Part shown: positions 1 to 8,963 of the stretch, in pieces
Numbering within the stretch: the first letter of the stretch is position 1
How the letters are laid out: each line of letters begins with the position of its first letter
Made by a program: the position numbers and the translations under genes
Source: Candidatus Fervidifonticultor secundus
GTDB taxonomy: Bacteria; Sysuimicrobiota; Sysuimicrobiia; Sysuimicrobiales; Humicultoraceae
Reading direction: 5' to 3'
Length of the DNA: 64,000 nucleotides
NCBI GenBank assembly: GCA_031459385.1
Contig: JAVKIP010000008.1
Location: forward strand, 89,064-153,063
Notes under the pieces: model-generated
The model's database searches: none
What the model saw: the letters and a program-made list of their open reading frames with translations, nothing else
Told to the model about the DNA's origin: nothing

Positions 1-663
1 CGCGCCATGACCGCGGTCCCGGCGAGCCTGCCCGTGGGCCGCCTGGCGGGCCCGTTCTTCGAGGCCGATCTCGACCCGGCCGCCGCGCGCGCGCTCGACG
101 ACGCAACCAGGCTGCTCGAGGATGCCGGGTGTCGCACGAGGCCGGTGCACCTGGAGCACGTCGAGGCCGCGCAGGAGGCGCAGCTGGTCGTGCTGCGGTG
201 GGAGGCCGCGCAGGTGCACCGGGCGCGGTTCCCCGGACGCGAGGCCGAGTACGGTCCCGATGTGCGCGCGATCCTGGCTCAGGGCGCGGCGACGACGCCA
301 GAGGCCCTGGCCCACGCGCGCCAGGCGCTGGCGCGGCTGCAGGCCGAGGTGCGGGCGCAGCTGCGCGAGACCCCGGTGCTCCTGGGGCCGATGCTGGCGA
401 TCGGCGCCCCGCGCATCGCCGACGTCGACCCGGCCGGCCCGGCGTGGCAGGTCCTGCGGCGGGTGATCGCACGGTTCTCGCGCCTGTTCAACGCCACCGG
501 CCTGCCGGCGCTCGCACTGCCCGCCGGGCTCACCGCCGAGGGGCTGCCCGTGGCCGTCCAGCTGGCGGCCGGGCCGTTCGCCGAGAGCCTGGTGCTGGGC
601 GTGGCGCGCCGCCTCGAGGCCGCGCTGGGCTGGACGCTCCCGGTGCTGCCGCGGGACGCGTGA
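1..663 (+). CDS. Amidase (GatA/amidase-signature family), C-terminal part; 5' truncated by the window edge
   Basis: Frame open from base 1; C-terminal amidase motifs FNATGLPALALPAG and GLPVAVQLAAGPFAE. Confidence 0.8.
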   Translation, partial: RAMTAVPASLPVGRLAGPFFEADLDPAAARALDDATRLLEDAGCRTRPVHLEHVEAAQEAQLVVLRWEAAQVHRARFPGREAEYGPDVRAILAQGAATTPEALAHARQALARLQAEVRAQLRETPVLLGPMLAIGAPRIADVDPAGPAWQVLRRVIARFSRLFNATGLPALALPAGLTAEGLPVAVQLAAGPFAESLVLGVARRLEAALGWTLPVLPRDA

Positions 664-670
664 GCGCACC

Positions 671-698
671 GCAGGAGTCGCGGCGCGCGGACGCGAAG
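671..698 (+). promoter_or_regulatory. SigH-like promoter motif GCAGGA-N18-GAAG upstream of ctaA-ctaB
   Basis: AGGA 673-676, 18-nt spacer, GAAG 695-698; same spacing recurs at 7007-7034, 8078-8103 and 19485-19512. Confidence 0.55.
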
Positions 699-756
699 TC
701 GGCGACGTCATGACCGCCGCCCGCGGGCGCGACCCGTGGCCCGTGCTCCTGGCCGC

Positions 757-2607
757 ATGAGGACGCTTCGCCCGCTCTCGTTGCTCGCGCTCGCCGCCAC
801 CTGGCTGCTGCTCCTGGTCGGTGCCACCGTCAGCGCCACCGGCGCGGGGCTCGCCTGCCCGGACTGGCCGTTGTGCCACGGGCGGCTGCTCCCGCCGCTG
901 GAGCGGCTGGTGCTGGTCGAGTACGGCCACCGGCTGCTGGCGTCCGCGGTGGGCGTGCTGGTGCTGGCGCTGGCGGTGCTGACGTGGAAGCACGCGCGCG
1001 GGCCCGGAGGGCTCGCGCGGGGCGCGGCGGGGCTGCTGGTGCTCCTGGCGGTGCAGGTGGGGCTCGGCGGCGCCACGGTCCTGTCGTCGCTCGCGCCGGT
1101 GATCGTGGGCGTGCACCTGGGCACCGCGATGGCCTTCATGGCCGTGCTGACCGCGTTCGCCGTGCGCGCGCACATGGCAGACGGTGGACCGGCCGCGCGC
1201 GACGCGACCGGCAGGGCGGCCGCGTGCGCCGGCGACCCCGGCCTGCCGCGCCTGGTGATGGCCGCGGCCGTGCTCGTCTACCTCCAGATCCTGCTGGGCG
1301 GGTTCACCAGCGCCTTCGGGGCGGGCCTGGCGTGTGGCGGGCTGCCGCTGTGCCACGGGGCCATCATCCCGGCCGGGCCGCCGCCGGCGGTGCTGCACGC
1401 CGTGCACCGCGCGCTGGGGGTGGGTGCGGCCGGCGTCGTGGCAGCGGTCGCGGTGCGGGCGCGGCGCAGCCACGATGCGCCCGTGCGCCGCGGCGCCGCC
1501 GCGGCCGCAGCGCTCGGTGTCGTCCAGGTGGCGCTCGGCGTCTTGAACGTGACGACCCGCCTGGCCCTGGAGGTGCGCGTGGCGCATCTGGGCGGCGCAG
1601 CCGCACTGCTGGCCGCACTGGTCGCACTCGCCGTGTGGATGCAGCACGCCCGCGCGCTGCGCGCCGAGCCGGTGGCGTCGGCTGCGCCCACCTCCGGTCC
1701 TTCCGCGCCCCATCGCCCCGCCCCGGGGCCCACGCCGGGCCGGTCGGTCGTGCGCCTGGTGGGGGACTACGTGGCCCTGACCAAACCGCGCATCGTGGCG
1801 CTGCTCCTGCTCACCACGGTGACCACGATGGTGGTGGCAGGCGGCCATCCGGGCGCCGGGCTGGTGGTGTTCACGATGCTCGGTGGCGCGCTGGCCGCCG
1901 GCAGCGCCAACGCCATCAACTGCTACTGGGACCGCGACATCGACGCCCTCATGCGCCGGACGCGCGGCCGCCCGCTCCCGGCGGGCCGCGTCGCGCCGCG
2001 CCACGCGCTGGCCTTCGGGCTGGCGCTGGCCGTGCTGGCGGTCGTGGTGCTGGGCCTGCGGGTCAACTGGCTGTCGGCGGCCCTGGCCCTGGCCGGCATC
2101 GTGTTCTACGTGGGGGTCTACACGGTCTGGTTGAAGCGCAGCACGCCGCAGAACATCGTCATCGGTGGTGCCGCGGGTGCCGTTCCGCCGCTGGTGGGCT
2201 GGGCCGCCGTCACCGACCAGGTGGCGCTCCCGGCGTTCATGCTGTTCGCCATCATCTTCCTGTGGACGCCGCCGCACTTCTGGGCGTTGGCGCTGCACCG
2301 GCAGGACGAATACCGGGCAGCCGGTGTCCCGATGCTGCCGGTAGTGGCGGGCCCGCAGGAGACCCTGCGCCAGATGCTGGGCTACACCCTGGCCCTGGTG
2401 GCGGCCACCCTGGCCCTGGCCGGACTCGGCGTGCTGGGCCGCGTCTACCTGCTGGCCGCGGTGGTCCTGGCGGTGCCGTTCCTGGTGCTGGTGCTGCGGC
2501 TGGCGCGGCGCCCGACGCCGCAGCAGGCCTGGGCGGTCTTCGAGTACTCCGTGCTCTACCTCGGCCTGCTCTTCGCGGCCATGGCGGTGGACCGGCTGGT
2601 GGGGTAG
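757..2607 (+). CDS. ctaA-ctaB: Heme A synthase (CtaA/COX15) fused to heme O synthase (CtaB/CyoE)
   Basis: N-half has GLACPDWPLC, EYGHR and a second CGGLPLC; after a Pro-rich linker the C-half has LTKPRI, NCYWDRDIDALMRRTRGRPLP and WTPPHFWALA. Alternative start GTG 736. Confidence 0.93.
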   Translation: MRTLRPLSLLALAATWLLLLVGATVSATGAGLACPDWPLCHGRLLPPLERLVLVEYGHRLLASAVGVLVLALAVLTWKHARGPGGLARGAAGLLVLLAVQVGLGGATVLSSLAPVIVGVHLGTAMAFMAVLTAFAVRAHMADGGPAARDATGRAAACAGDPGLPRLVMAAAVLVYLQILLGGFTSAFGAGLACGGLPLCHGAIIPAGPPPAVLHAVHRALGVGAAGVVAAVAVRARRSHDAPVRRGAAAAAALGVVQVALGVLNVTTRLALEVRVAHLGGAAALLAALVALAVWMQHARALRAEPVASAAPTSGPSAPHRPAPGPTPGRSVVRLVGDYVALTKPRIVALLLLTTVTTMVVAGGHPGAGLVVFTMLGGALAAGSANAINCYWDRDIDALMRRTRGRPLPAGRVAPRHALAFGLALAVLAVVVLGLRVNWLSAALALAGIVFYVGVYTVWLKRSTPQNIVIGGAAGAVPPLVGWAAVTDQVALPAFMLFAIIFLWTPPHFWALALHRQDEYRAAGVPMLPVVAGPQETLRQMLGYTLALVAATLALAGLGVLGRVYLLAAVVLAVPFLVLVLRLARRPTPQQAWAVFEYSVLYLGLLFAAMAVDRLVG

Positions 2608-2704
2608 GCCTCCGGGCGCCGCCGGCGCATGCGCCCGCAGGAGCGCGCAGCGCGGGCTGGAGTGGCCGGCACGGGTCCGGCGCGGTCAGCGCCGGCGGGA
2701 GCGA

Positions 2705-3001
2705 TCAGCGCAGGTGGTGCACGCTCAGCGCGTCCGGGCCGATGAAGGCGAACATCACCACGGTCAGCACCACCATCGGCACCACCACGGCGTAGACCAG
2801 GGCGAGCCGCTCATAGGCCAGGTGCATGAAGTAGGCCATGATCAGCGCGGCCTTCATCAGGGCCAGGACGACGAGCGACGGTACCAGCACCGCCCGCGGC
2901 ACGCGCACCAGCACGATAGCCACTTCCAGCAGGGTGATGACCAGCAGCCAGAACCAGGTAACAGCGTAGATCCGATATCCGCGGTGATGCCCCTCGGCCA
3001 C
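2705..3001 (-). CDS. ctaF: Cytochrome c oxidase subunit IV (CtaF/CyoD family)
   Basis: 98 aa, three hydrophobic segments, KAALIMAYFMHL motif; last gene of the cox operon. Confidence 0.85.
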   Translation of the reverse strand: MAEGHHRGYRIYAVTWFWLLVITLLEVAIVLVRVPRAVLVPSLVVLALMKAALIMAYFMHLAYERLALVYAVVVPMVVLTVVMFAFIGPDALSVHHLR

Positions 3002-3011
3002 GGCGCGCCTC

Positions 3012-3629
3012 CTAGATCAGGTACAGCAGCGTGAAGATGAAGACCCAGACCAGGTCCACGAAGTGCCAGTACAGCCCGGCGATCTCCACGCTCTCGGGCT
3101 GGATCGTGCCCCGGAGCCAGCGCAACGCCGTGATCAACAGGTAGATGACGCCGCCGGTGACGTGCCCGCCGTGGAAGCCGGTGATGATGAAGAACGTCGC
3201 CGAGAACTGCGGGACGCCCCAGGGGTTGGAGAAGAGGCGGGCGCCCTCGCCGATGAAGTGCGTCCACTCGTAGGCCTGGGCACCCAGGAAGAACAGCCCG
3301 CCCAGTATCGTGAGCAGCAGGTAGCGCACCACCCGCGGCCGGTCGCCCTGCCGGGCGGCGCCCACGGCCACGGCCATGGTGGCGCTGCTGCAGATCAGGA
3401 TGAACGTCATGAGGCTCACGAGGCCGATGTTGAAGATCTCGAACTGGTGCACCCAGCGCCCCAGCGTCAAGCGCATGGCGCCGTAACCGGTCAGCAGGCC
3501 GGCGAACGTCAGGGTGTCTGAGATCAGGAACAGCCACATCATGAACTTGGGCCAGCCGACCGCGAAGGGCGACCGCCCACCGCTCCACTCGGCCGCCAGG
3601 GTCTGCGGCTCTCCCGCGCCTGCGCTCAC
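3012..3629 (-). CDS. coxC: Cytochrome c oxidase subunit III (copy B)
   Basis: MWLFLISD, FFIITGFHGGHV, YWHFVDLVWVFIF. Confidence 0.92.
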   Translation of the reverse strand: MSAGAGEPQTLAAEWSGGRSPFAVGWPKFMMWLFLISDTLTFAGLLTGYGAMRLTLGRWVHQFEIFNIGLVSLMTFILICSSATMAVAVGAARQGDRPRVVRYLLLTILGGLFFLGAQAYEWTHFIGEGARLFSNPWGVPQFSATFFIITGFHGGHVTGGVIYLLITALRWLRGTIQPESVEIAGLYWHFVDLVWVFIFTLLYLI

Positions 3630-3651
3630 CGTCGCCCCCTTCCCCCGCCCG

Positions 3652-4281
3652 CTACACCCAGAACAGCATCACCACGAGGTACAGCCACAGCGCGTCCACG
3701 AAGTGCCAGTAGACGGCCACCGGGCCCAGCACCGCCGCCTGCGCCCTCGCCTGCCCGGCCCGCCACCACGCGTACGCCAGCGCGCCGACGCCGCCTGCCA
3801 GGTGGAGGGCGTGGGTGCCGGTGAGCAGGTAGAAGAAGTCGCTGTGCGGGCTGGTGGCGAGGTAGACGCCGGCGGCCACCAGCGCGCGCCAGGCCGCCAT
3901 CTGCCCTAGCAGGAACGCCGTGCCCAGCAGCGCCGCCGCCGCGGTCGCCCGTCGCGCGGTCCCGGCCCGGCCCCGCACGGCCGCGCGCCGCGCCACTTCC
4001 AGCGCCGCGCTGCTGGCCAGGAGCACCGCGGTGTTGACCCACAGCACGGGCGGCATCGCCAGCGGCCGCCAGTCGGCCAGGGCCCGCCGAGCCAGGTAGG
4101 TGCTCGTGAACGATGCGAACAGGATAGTGACGACGCCGACCAGCAGCCAGGTGACGACGCCCGCCGGCTGCAACGTCCATGCGCCGTCGCCGGGGCCGCG
4201 GCCTGGCCCCTCTCCCCCGGCCGGCCCGCGCGGCGGCGGGCCGCCGGCCTGTGGCTTCTCCAGGGTGCGGAGGGCGCCCAC
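3652..4281 (-). CDS. coxC: Cytochrome c oxidase subunit III (copy A)
   Basis: NTAVLLASS, FFYLLTGTHALHL, YWHFVDALW. Confidence 0.88.
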   Translation of the reverse strand: MGALRTLEKPQAGGPPPRGPAGGEGPGRGPGDGAWTLQPAGVVTWLLVGVVTILFASFTSTYLARRALADWRPLAMPPVLWVNTAVLLASSAALEVARRAAVRGRAGTARRATAAAALLGTAFLLGQMAAWRALVAAGVYLATSPHSDFFYLLTGTHALHLAGGVGALAYAWWRAGQARAQAAVLGPVAVYWHFVDALWLYLVVMLFWV

Positions 4282-4284
4282 AGC

Positions 4285-6081
4285 CTAGGCGCGCCCGCCG
4301 TGCCCGTGGGCGGGCGAGGCGACCGCCGCGGTGGGCGTGGTCTGGGGGACGAAGTCCTCGGGGGCATCGGGCAGGCTGTAGTCGTAAGCCCACCGGTGCA
4401 CCTCGGGCTCGTGCGCGCCCCAGTTCCCGTGCGGGGGCGGCGAGGGCGCCTCCCACTCCAGGGTGGTGGCCCGCCAGGGGTTGCGCTCAGCGCGGGGGCC
4501 CCAGCCCAGGCTGTAGAGGAAGTTGCCGATGAAGAGCAGCTGCGCCAGCCCCAGGCCGAACGCGGCCAGGGAGATGGCCGTGTTCAGCGGGCCCGCGGCC
4601 TGCATGCGCTCGAACAACTGGTACGCGTAGTAGCGGCGGGTGACGCCCATGAACCCCAGGAAGTGCATGGGGAAGAACGTGGCGTAGATACCGATGAACG
4701 TCAGCCAGAAGTGCAGGCGCCCCAGCCGCTCGTTCAGCATCCGGCCGAACATCTTGGGGAACCAGTGGTAGAGGCCGGCGAAGACGCCGAACATGGCGGC
4801 GCTGGCCATGACGAAGTGGAAGTGCGCCACGACGAAGTAGGTGTCGTGCATCTGGAGGTCCACCGGCGGCTGGGCCAGGAAGACACCGGTGAGGCCGCCC
4901 GTGACGAACAGCGACACGAAGCCGATGGCGAAGAGCACAGCCGGCGTGAAGCGGATGCGGGCCCGCCACAGCGTGGCCAGCCAGTTGAAGGTCTTCACCG
5001 CCGAAGGTACCGCGATGGCCAGCGTCGTGGTCATGAAGGCCATGCCGACCAGCGGGTGCATGCCGCTGGTGTACATGTGGTGGCCCCACACCAGGAACGA
5101 GAGGATGCCGATGGCCGCCATGGACCCCACCATGAACGGGTAGCCGAAGATGGGCTTGCGGCTCCCGGCCGCCAGGATGTCCGAGACCATGCCCATCGGC
5201 GGGAGGATCAGGACGTAGACTTCGGGGTGCCCCAGGAACCAGAACAGATGCTGCCACAGGATCGGGTTCCCGCCGGCATGGGAGAGGAGCTGCCCGCCCA
5301 CGACCACCTCCGGCACGAAGAAGCTGGTGCCGGCCAGCCGGTCGAACAGGAGCATGACCACCGCCGCGGTCAGCACCGGGAACGACAGCAGCATGAGCAG
5401 CGCCGTGATGAACATGCCCCAGATGGTCAGGGGCAGGCGGAGCATGGACATGCCGCGCGTGCGCAGCTGCAGAATGGTGGTGATGTAGTTCAGTCCACCG
5501 AAGAGGAAGGCCAGGATCAACACCACCAGGCTCAGCAGCCACAGCGTCTGCCCCAGGCCCGAGCCCGGCGCGGCCTGGGGGATCGCCGAAAGCGGCGGGT
5601 AGGCCGTCCACCCGGCGTTGGGGGCGCCGCCTGTGACGAAGAACGACGCCAGCAGCAGGACGACGGCTGGCGGGTACAGCCAGTAGGAGAGGGCGTTCAG
5701 GAACGGGAACGCCATGTCGCGGGCGCCGATCTGCAACGGGATCAGGAAGTTCCCGAAGCCGCCGGAGAGCGCCGTGGTCAGCACGAAGAAGATCATGATG
5801 GTGCCGTGCATGGTGACCAGGGCCAGGTAGAAGTCGGGCTTCATCACCCCGCCCTGGAAGCCCCCGGGGAAGAGGGCCTGCAGCTCGGGCCAGCGCCACC
5901 CCGGATAGCCGAGCTGGAGCCGGATCAGCATCGCCAGCGTCCCGCCGATCACCGCCATCACCATCGACGTCAGCAGGTACTGGATGCCGATGATCTTGTG
6001 GTCGAGGCTGAAGATGTACTTGCGGACGAAGCCCAGCTCGTGCTCCGCGTGCGCGGGGGCCGCGGCGTGCGGGGTGCTCAT
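4285..6081 (-). CDS. coxA: Cytochrome c oxidase subunit I (type A1)
   Basis: DHKIIG, TMHGTIM, WFLGHPEVY, WGHHMY, VAHFHFV; ATG at 6081 preceded by GAGGAG/GGAG. Confidence 0.97.
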   Translation of the reverse strand: MSTPHAAAPAHAEHELGFVRKYIFSLDHKIIGIQYLLTSMVMAVIGGTLAMLIRLQLGYPGWRWPELQALFPGGFQGGVMKPDFYLALVTMHGTIMIFFVLTTALSGGFGNFLIPLQIGARDMAFPFLNALSYWLYPPAVVLLLASFFVTGGAPNAGWTAYPPLSAIPQAAPGSGLGQTLWLLSLVVLILAFLFGGLNYITTILQLRTRGMSMLRLPLTIWGMFITALLMLLSFPVLTAAVVMLLFDRLAGTSFFVPEVVVGGQLLSHAGGNPILWQHLFWFLGHPEVYVLILPPMGMVSDILAAGSRKPIFGYPFMVGSMAAIGILSFLVWGHHMYTSGMHPLVGMAFMTTTLAIAVPSAVKTFNWLATLWRARIRFTPAVLFAIGFVSLFVTGGLTGVFLAQPPVDLQMHDTYFVVAHFHFVMASAAMFGVFAGLYHWFPKMFGRMLNERLGRLHFWLTFIGIYATFFPMHFLGFMGVTRRYYAYQLFERMQAAGPLNTAISLAAFGLGLAQLLFIGNFLYSLGWGPRAERNPWRATTLEWEAPSPPPHGNWGAHEPEVHRWAYDYSLPDAPEDFVPQTTPTAAVASPAHGHGGRA

Positions 6082-6119
6082 CGGCTCCGACTCCTCATGG
6101 ACGTCATGCGCACTCTGCG

Positions 6120-6959
6120 CTACTGCGGGCGCTGCAACGCCGGCCGCTGCTGGCCCAGCCACGCGTCGAACGCGGCCTGACGCTCGACCACGACCCGGCC
6201 CCGCATGACGTAGTGGCCGACGCCGCACAGCTCGGCGCAGGCGATCTCGTAGGTCCCGGTCCGGGTGGGCGTGAACCAGGTCTCCACTGTCATGCCGGGC
6301 ACCGCGTCTTGCTTGACGCGGAACTCGGCGATGAAGAAGCTGTGGATCACGTCCCGGGCCCGCACGCGCACCCGCACGGGCCGGTCCACGACCAGGTGGA
6401 GGTCGCGGCTGACGACGTCGTCGGCCGCGGCCGGGTCGGCGGGATCGAGCCCGAAGGGGTTCCGCCGCAGGTCGATCAGCCTGGGGTCGGTGCGCCCGAA
6501 CGTCCCGTCGGGCCCGGGGTAGCGGGCCATCCAAGCGAACTGCTCGCCGCGCACTTCCACCACCATGGCATCGGCAGGCGGCGCGCTGTGGATTCGCGAC
6601 CACACCACGGCGCTCATCGACACCATGACCGCCAACCCCACGGCCGGCACGATGGTGTAAGTCAGCTCCAGGCGGCGGTGCTCGTGCCAGTGCGCGGCCC
6701 GTTCGTCCCCGCGCGCGCCATGGCGCCACACCAGGTAGCCCAGGAACGCGTGCACCAGGATGAAGATCGCTCCGGTGATCCACAGCGTGCTGTAGAAGAG
6801 GCGGTCGATCAGCACGCCGTGCACCGACGCCACCGGCGGCAGCCACCAGCGTCCGCGCGCGAGCAGCGTGAACGCCACGCCCGCGACCATGGTGGCGGCG
6901 ATCAGCGCGGCCACCCTGGCCGCGGTGCGGCGTTCGTCCCCGTCAGCGTGCGTGGGCAT
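6120..6959 (-). CDS. coxB: Cytochrome c oxidase subunit II (CuA, no fused cytochrome c)
   Basis: DVIHSF, KQDAVPG, CAELCGVGHYVM CuA motif; start could also be ATG 6974. Confidence 0.95.
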   Translation of the reverse strand: MPTHADGDERRTAARVAALIAATMVAGVAFTLLARGRWWLPPVASVHGVLIDRLFYSTLWITGAIFILVHAFLGYLVWRHGARGDERAAHWHEHRRLELTYTIVPAVGLAVMVSMSAVVWSRIHSAPPADAMVVEVRGEQFAWMARYPGPDGTFGRTDPRLIDLRRNPFGLDPADPAAADDVVSRDLHLVVDRPVRVRVRARDVIHSFFIAEFRVKQDAVPGMTVETWFTPTRTGTYEIACAELCGVGHYVMRGRVVVERQAAFDAWLGQQRPALQRPQ

Positions 6960-7006
6960 CCGAGGCGTCCCCATCAGCGGGTTCGTCGCGTTCGACGGGG
7001 GGGACA

Positions 7007-7034
7007 ATTAGCCCCGCGCCTGCCGGACTCCTGC
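7007..7034 (-). promoter_or_regulatory. SigH-like promoter motif GCAGGA-N18-TAAT upstream of the cox operon
   Basis: Minus strand reads GCAGGAgtccggcaggcgcggggcTAAT. Confidence 0.55.
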
Positions 7035-7153
7035 CGTGGCGGCGTCGGCCTCCCGCACCGGGTGTGCGCGCAGCAGGGCGGTGCCCGTGTTCCACGGAAA
7101 GAAGGCGTAGGGGAATGCGGCGCGCCGGCGCGCCGGCCGACGGGAGACGTGGT

Positions 7154-8056
7154 GTGGACGCGATCGCCCACCTGAAGACGTTCTTCGAGGGCGAGGACGA
7201 GGTGGCCGCCGTCTACGTCTACGGCCGGTACCCTCCCGGGCCGAGCTTTCCCGACACCGACATCGAGCTGGCGCTGCTCTTCCCCGACGAGGCCGACGAA
7301 GACGACGTGCGCGCGTACCTCGAGCGGCTCTCTGAGCAGAACCCCCTGGGCCCCCTGCCCGGCATCCTGATGCCCTCGGCACTCAACAGCCATATCCTCC
7401 CCGTGGTGTACGAGGTGTTGACGGCCGGGGTGCTGCTGGTGGACAACGATCCCATCGCCCGGGAGGCGTTCACCGCCCGCGTGCAGGCCCGGCTGGAGGC
7501 CGAGCGTGCCCGTCTGCTGCACGAGGCCCGCACGGCGATCCTGCAGGCCCGGTCCCTCGGCCTGGCCCAGCCCGCCACGCCCGGGCCTGTGCTGCCGCAG
7601 CCCCCGACGTACCTCGATCCGTTGCGTGTCGGCTGGCGGCTGGGGCGGCTGCTGGGGTCCTCGGGCATGCTCGAGACGCTCACGCGCGACGCCGAGGCCG
7701 CCGCTCGCGACGCCGACCGCCTGGCGCAGGTGCTCGGCTGGTTCAGCAACGGGGCGGGCGCGGCCACCGGCATCGCCAAGGCCATGCTGAGCATCTTCGA
7801 TCTCGAGCGGCCGCCTCGGCGCTGGCAAGTGTTCCTGCCGCTGGCCGACAGCGCCCTGTTGCCGATGGACCTGGCGCTGGAGCTGGCGGCGATGGTCGAG
7901 GTGCGCTGGCAGGTACTCACCTCCACCGGCCTGCTGTCGGCGGAGCGGCTGGTGGCACGCGTCCGGGGCTTCCTGCCCGCCATGGTGGCATTCGCCCGGC
8001 AGGCCGCGTGGTTCTGCGAGGTGCCCGGCGGCGCAGGCGATGCGCACGTCCACTGA
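7154..8056 (+). CDS. Fused MNT (minimal nucleotidyltransferase)-HEPN(DUF86)-like protein with degenerate catalytic motifs
   Basis: GTG start after GGGAG. N-half AAVYVYG..DTDIELALLF..LNS..VVYEVLTAGVLL resembles MntA. C-half P..WQVFLPL..LALELAAMVEVRWQVLT resembles the DUF86 region with Rx4H lacking its His. Confidence 0.6.
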   Translation: MDAIAHLKTFFEGEDEVAAVYVYGRYPPGPSFPDTDIELALLFPDEADEDDVRAYLERLSEQNPLGPLPGILMPSALNSHILPVVYEVLTAGVLLVDNDPIAREAFTARVQARLEAERARLLHEARTAILQARSLGLAQPATPGPVLPQPPTYLDPLRVGWRLGRLLGSSGMLETLTRDAEAAARDADRLAQVLGWFSNGAGAATGIAKAMLSIFDLERPPRRWQVFLPLADSALLPMDLALELAAMVEVRWQVLTSTGLLSAERLVARVRGFLPAMVAFARQAAWFCEVPGGAGDAHVH

Positions 8057-8077
8057 GCCCGGCCCGCCCGGGGGCCA

Positions 8078-8103
8078 AGGAACCCGCCGGGGGCGGCGCG
8101 AAG
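8078..8103 (+). promoter_or_regulatory. SigH-like promoter motif AGGA-N18-GAAG upstream of the Nfu N-domain gene
   Basis: AGGAacccgccgggggcggcgcGAAG. Confidence 0.5.
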
Positions 8104-8140
8104 AAACGCAGCGCAGCGCGCTAGCGATTCGGAGGCGTCA

Positions 8141-8419
8141 GTGACCGAGCCGGTGCAGATCGCGATTCAGCCCACGCCGAACGTCAACGCCATGAAGTTC
8201 GTTCTGAACCGGCGGGTGACCGACGGCCGCAGCCAGACGTTCCGATCGGCCGACGAGGCTGCCGGACACCCGCTGGCGGCGCGGTTGCTGGCGATCCCTG
8301 GCGTCGTGCAGGTGTTTCTGTTGAACGACTTCCTGACGGTGACGCGGGATCCCGCGGTCGCATGGGAGGAGATCGTCGACGCGGCGCAGGCCGCGATCCG
8401 TGCCCACTATGCCGGCTGA
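8141..8419 (+). CDS. Stand-alone Nfu/NifU N-terminal domain protein
   Basis: QPTPNVNAMKF, PLAARLLAIPGVVQVFLLNDFLTVTR..W; GGAGG RBS. Confidence 0.85.
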   Translation: MTEPVQIAIQPTPNVNAMKFVLNRRVTDGRSQTFRSADEAAGHPLAARLLAIPGVVQVFLLNDFLTVTRDPAVAWEEIVDAAQAAIRAHYAG

Positions 8420-8462
8420 GGTCCGTGCGCCGGCAACAGCACAGGAAGGCGGAGGGATCAGC

Positions 8463-8963
8463 GTGACGGACAAGCCATTCGAGGTCGTCGCTGAGATCGC
8501 CCTGCAGGGCCTGCCGACCAGCAGCGATATCGCGCGCATCGACGACGCCGTGGAGCGCGCGCGGCGGAGCGCCCCCGCGGTGGTGCGTGCCACGCTGAGT
8601 CCGCCGGCGCGCTTCCGCGACGGCGGCTACTGCCTGGAGGCCCGGTTCGTGGCGTGGGCGGCCGACGGCCCCGCCGCCCAGGCGGCAGTGGAGGCTCTCT
8701 TGCGCGCCGCTGGCGTGACGGCCCGTACGGTGTACCTCTCCGGCCGGGCGCTCGCGGCTGCGGACGTCCCGCCTCCTGCGGCGCCCGCGGGTGCGGGCGC
8801 TGGCCGCGCGGCCGCGCGCCGGCCCGCTGCGCCGGCGCGCCGGCGGGGCGCGCGGACGGCCGCCAGGCCCCGCGACGCCACACCCCGTGGTCGCGCGGCC
8901 AGGCCGGCGCGGGGGGCGGCGAAAGGCGGAAGGGGCGCGCGCGGGGGCGGCCGGGGACGCTAG
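8463..8963 (+). CDS. Hypothetical protein: small alpha/beta domain plus Arg/Ala/Gly-rich basic tail
   Basis: GTG after GGAGGG; natural-looking domain of about 95 aa, then a low-complexity tail ending KGGRGARGGGRGR. Confidence 0.6.
   Translation: MTDKPFEVVAEIALQGLPTSSDIARIDDAVERARRSAPAVVRATLSPPARFRDGGYCLEARFVAWAADGPAAQAAVEALLRAAGVTARTVYLSGRALAAADVPPPAAPAGAGAGRAAARRPAAPARRRGARTAARPRDATPRGRAARPARGAAKGGRGARGGGRGR

Noticed and set aside
6082..6846. Apparent 250-aa N-terminal extension of coxA
   Set aside because: Overlaps coxB in another frame; a real ATG with an RBS lies at 6081.
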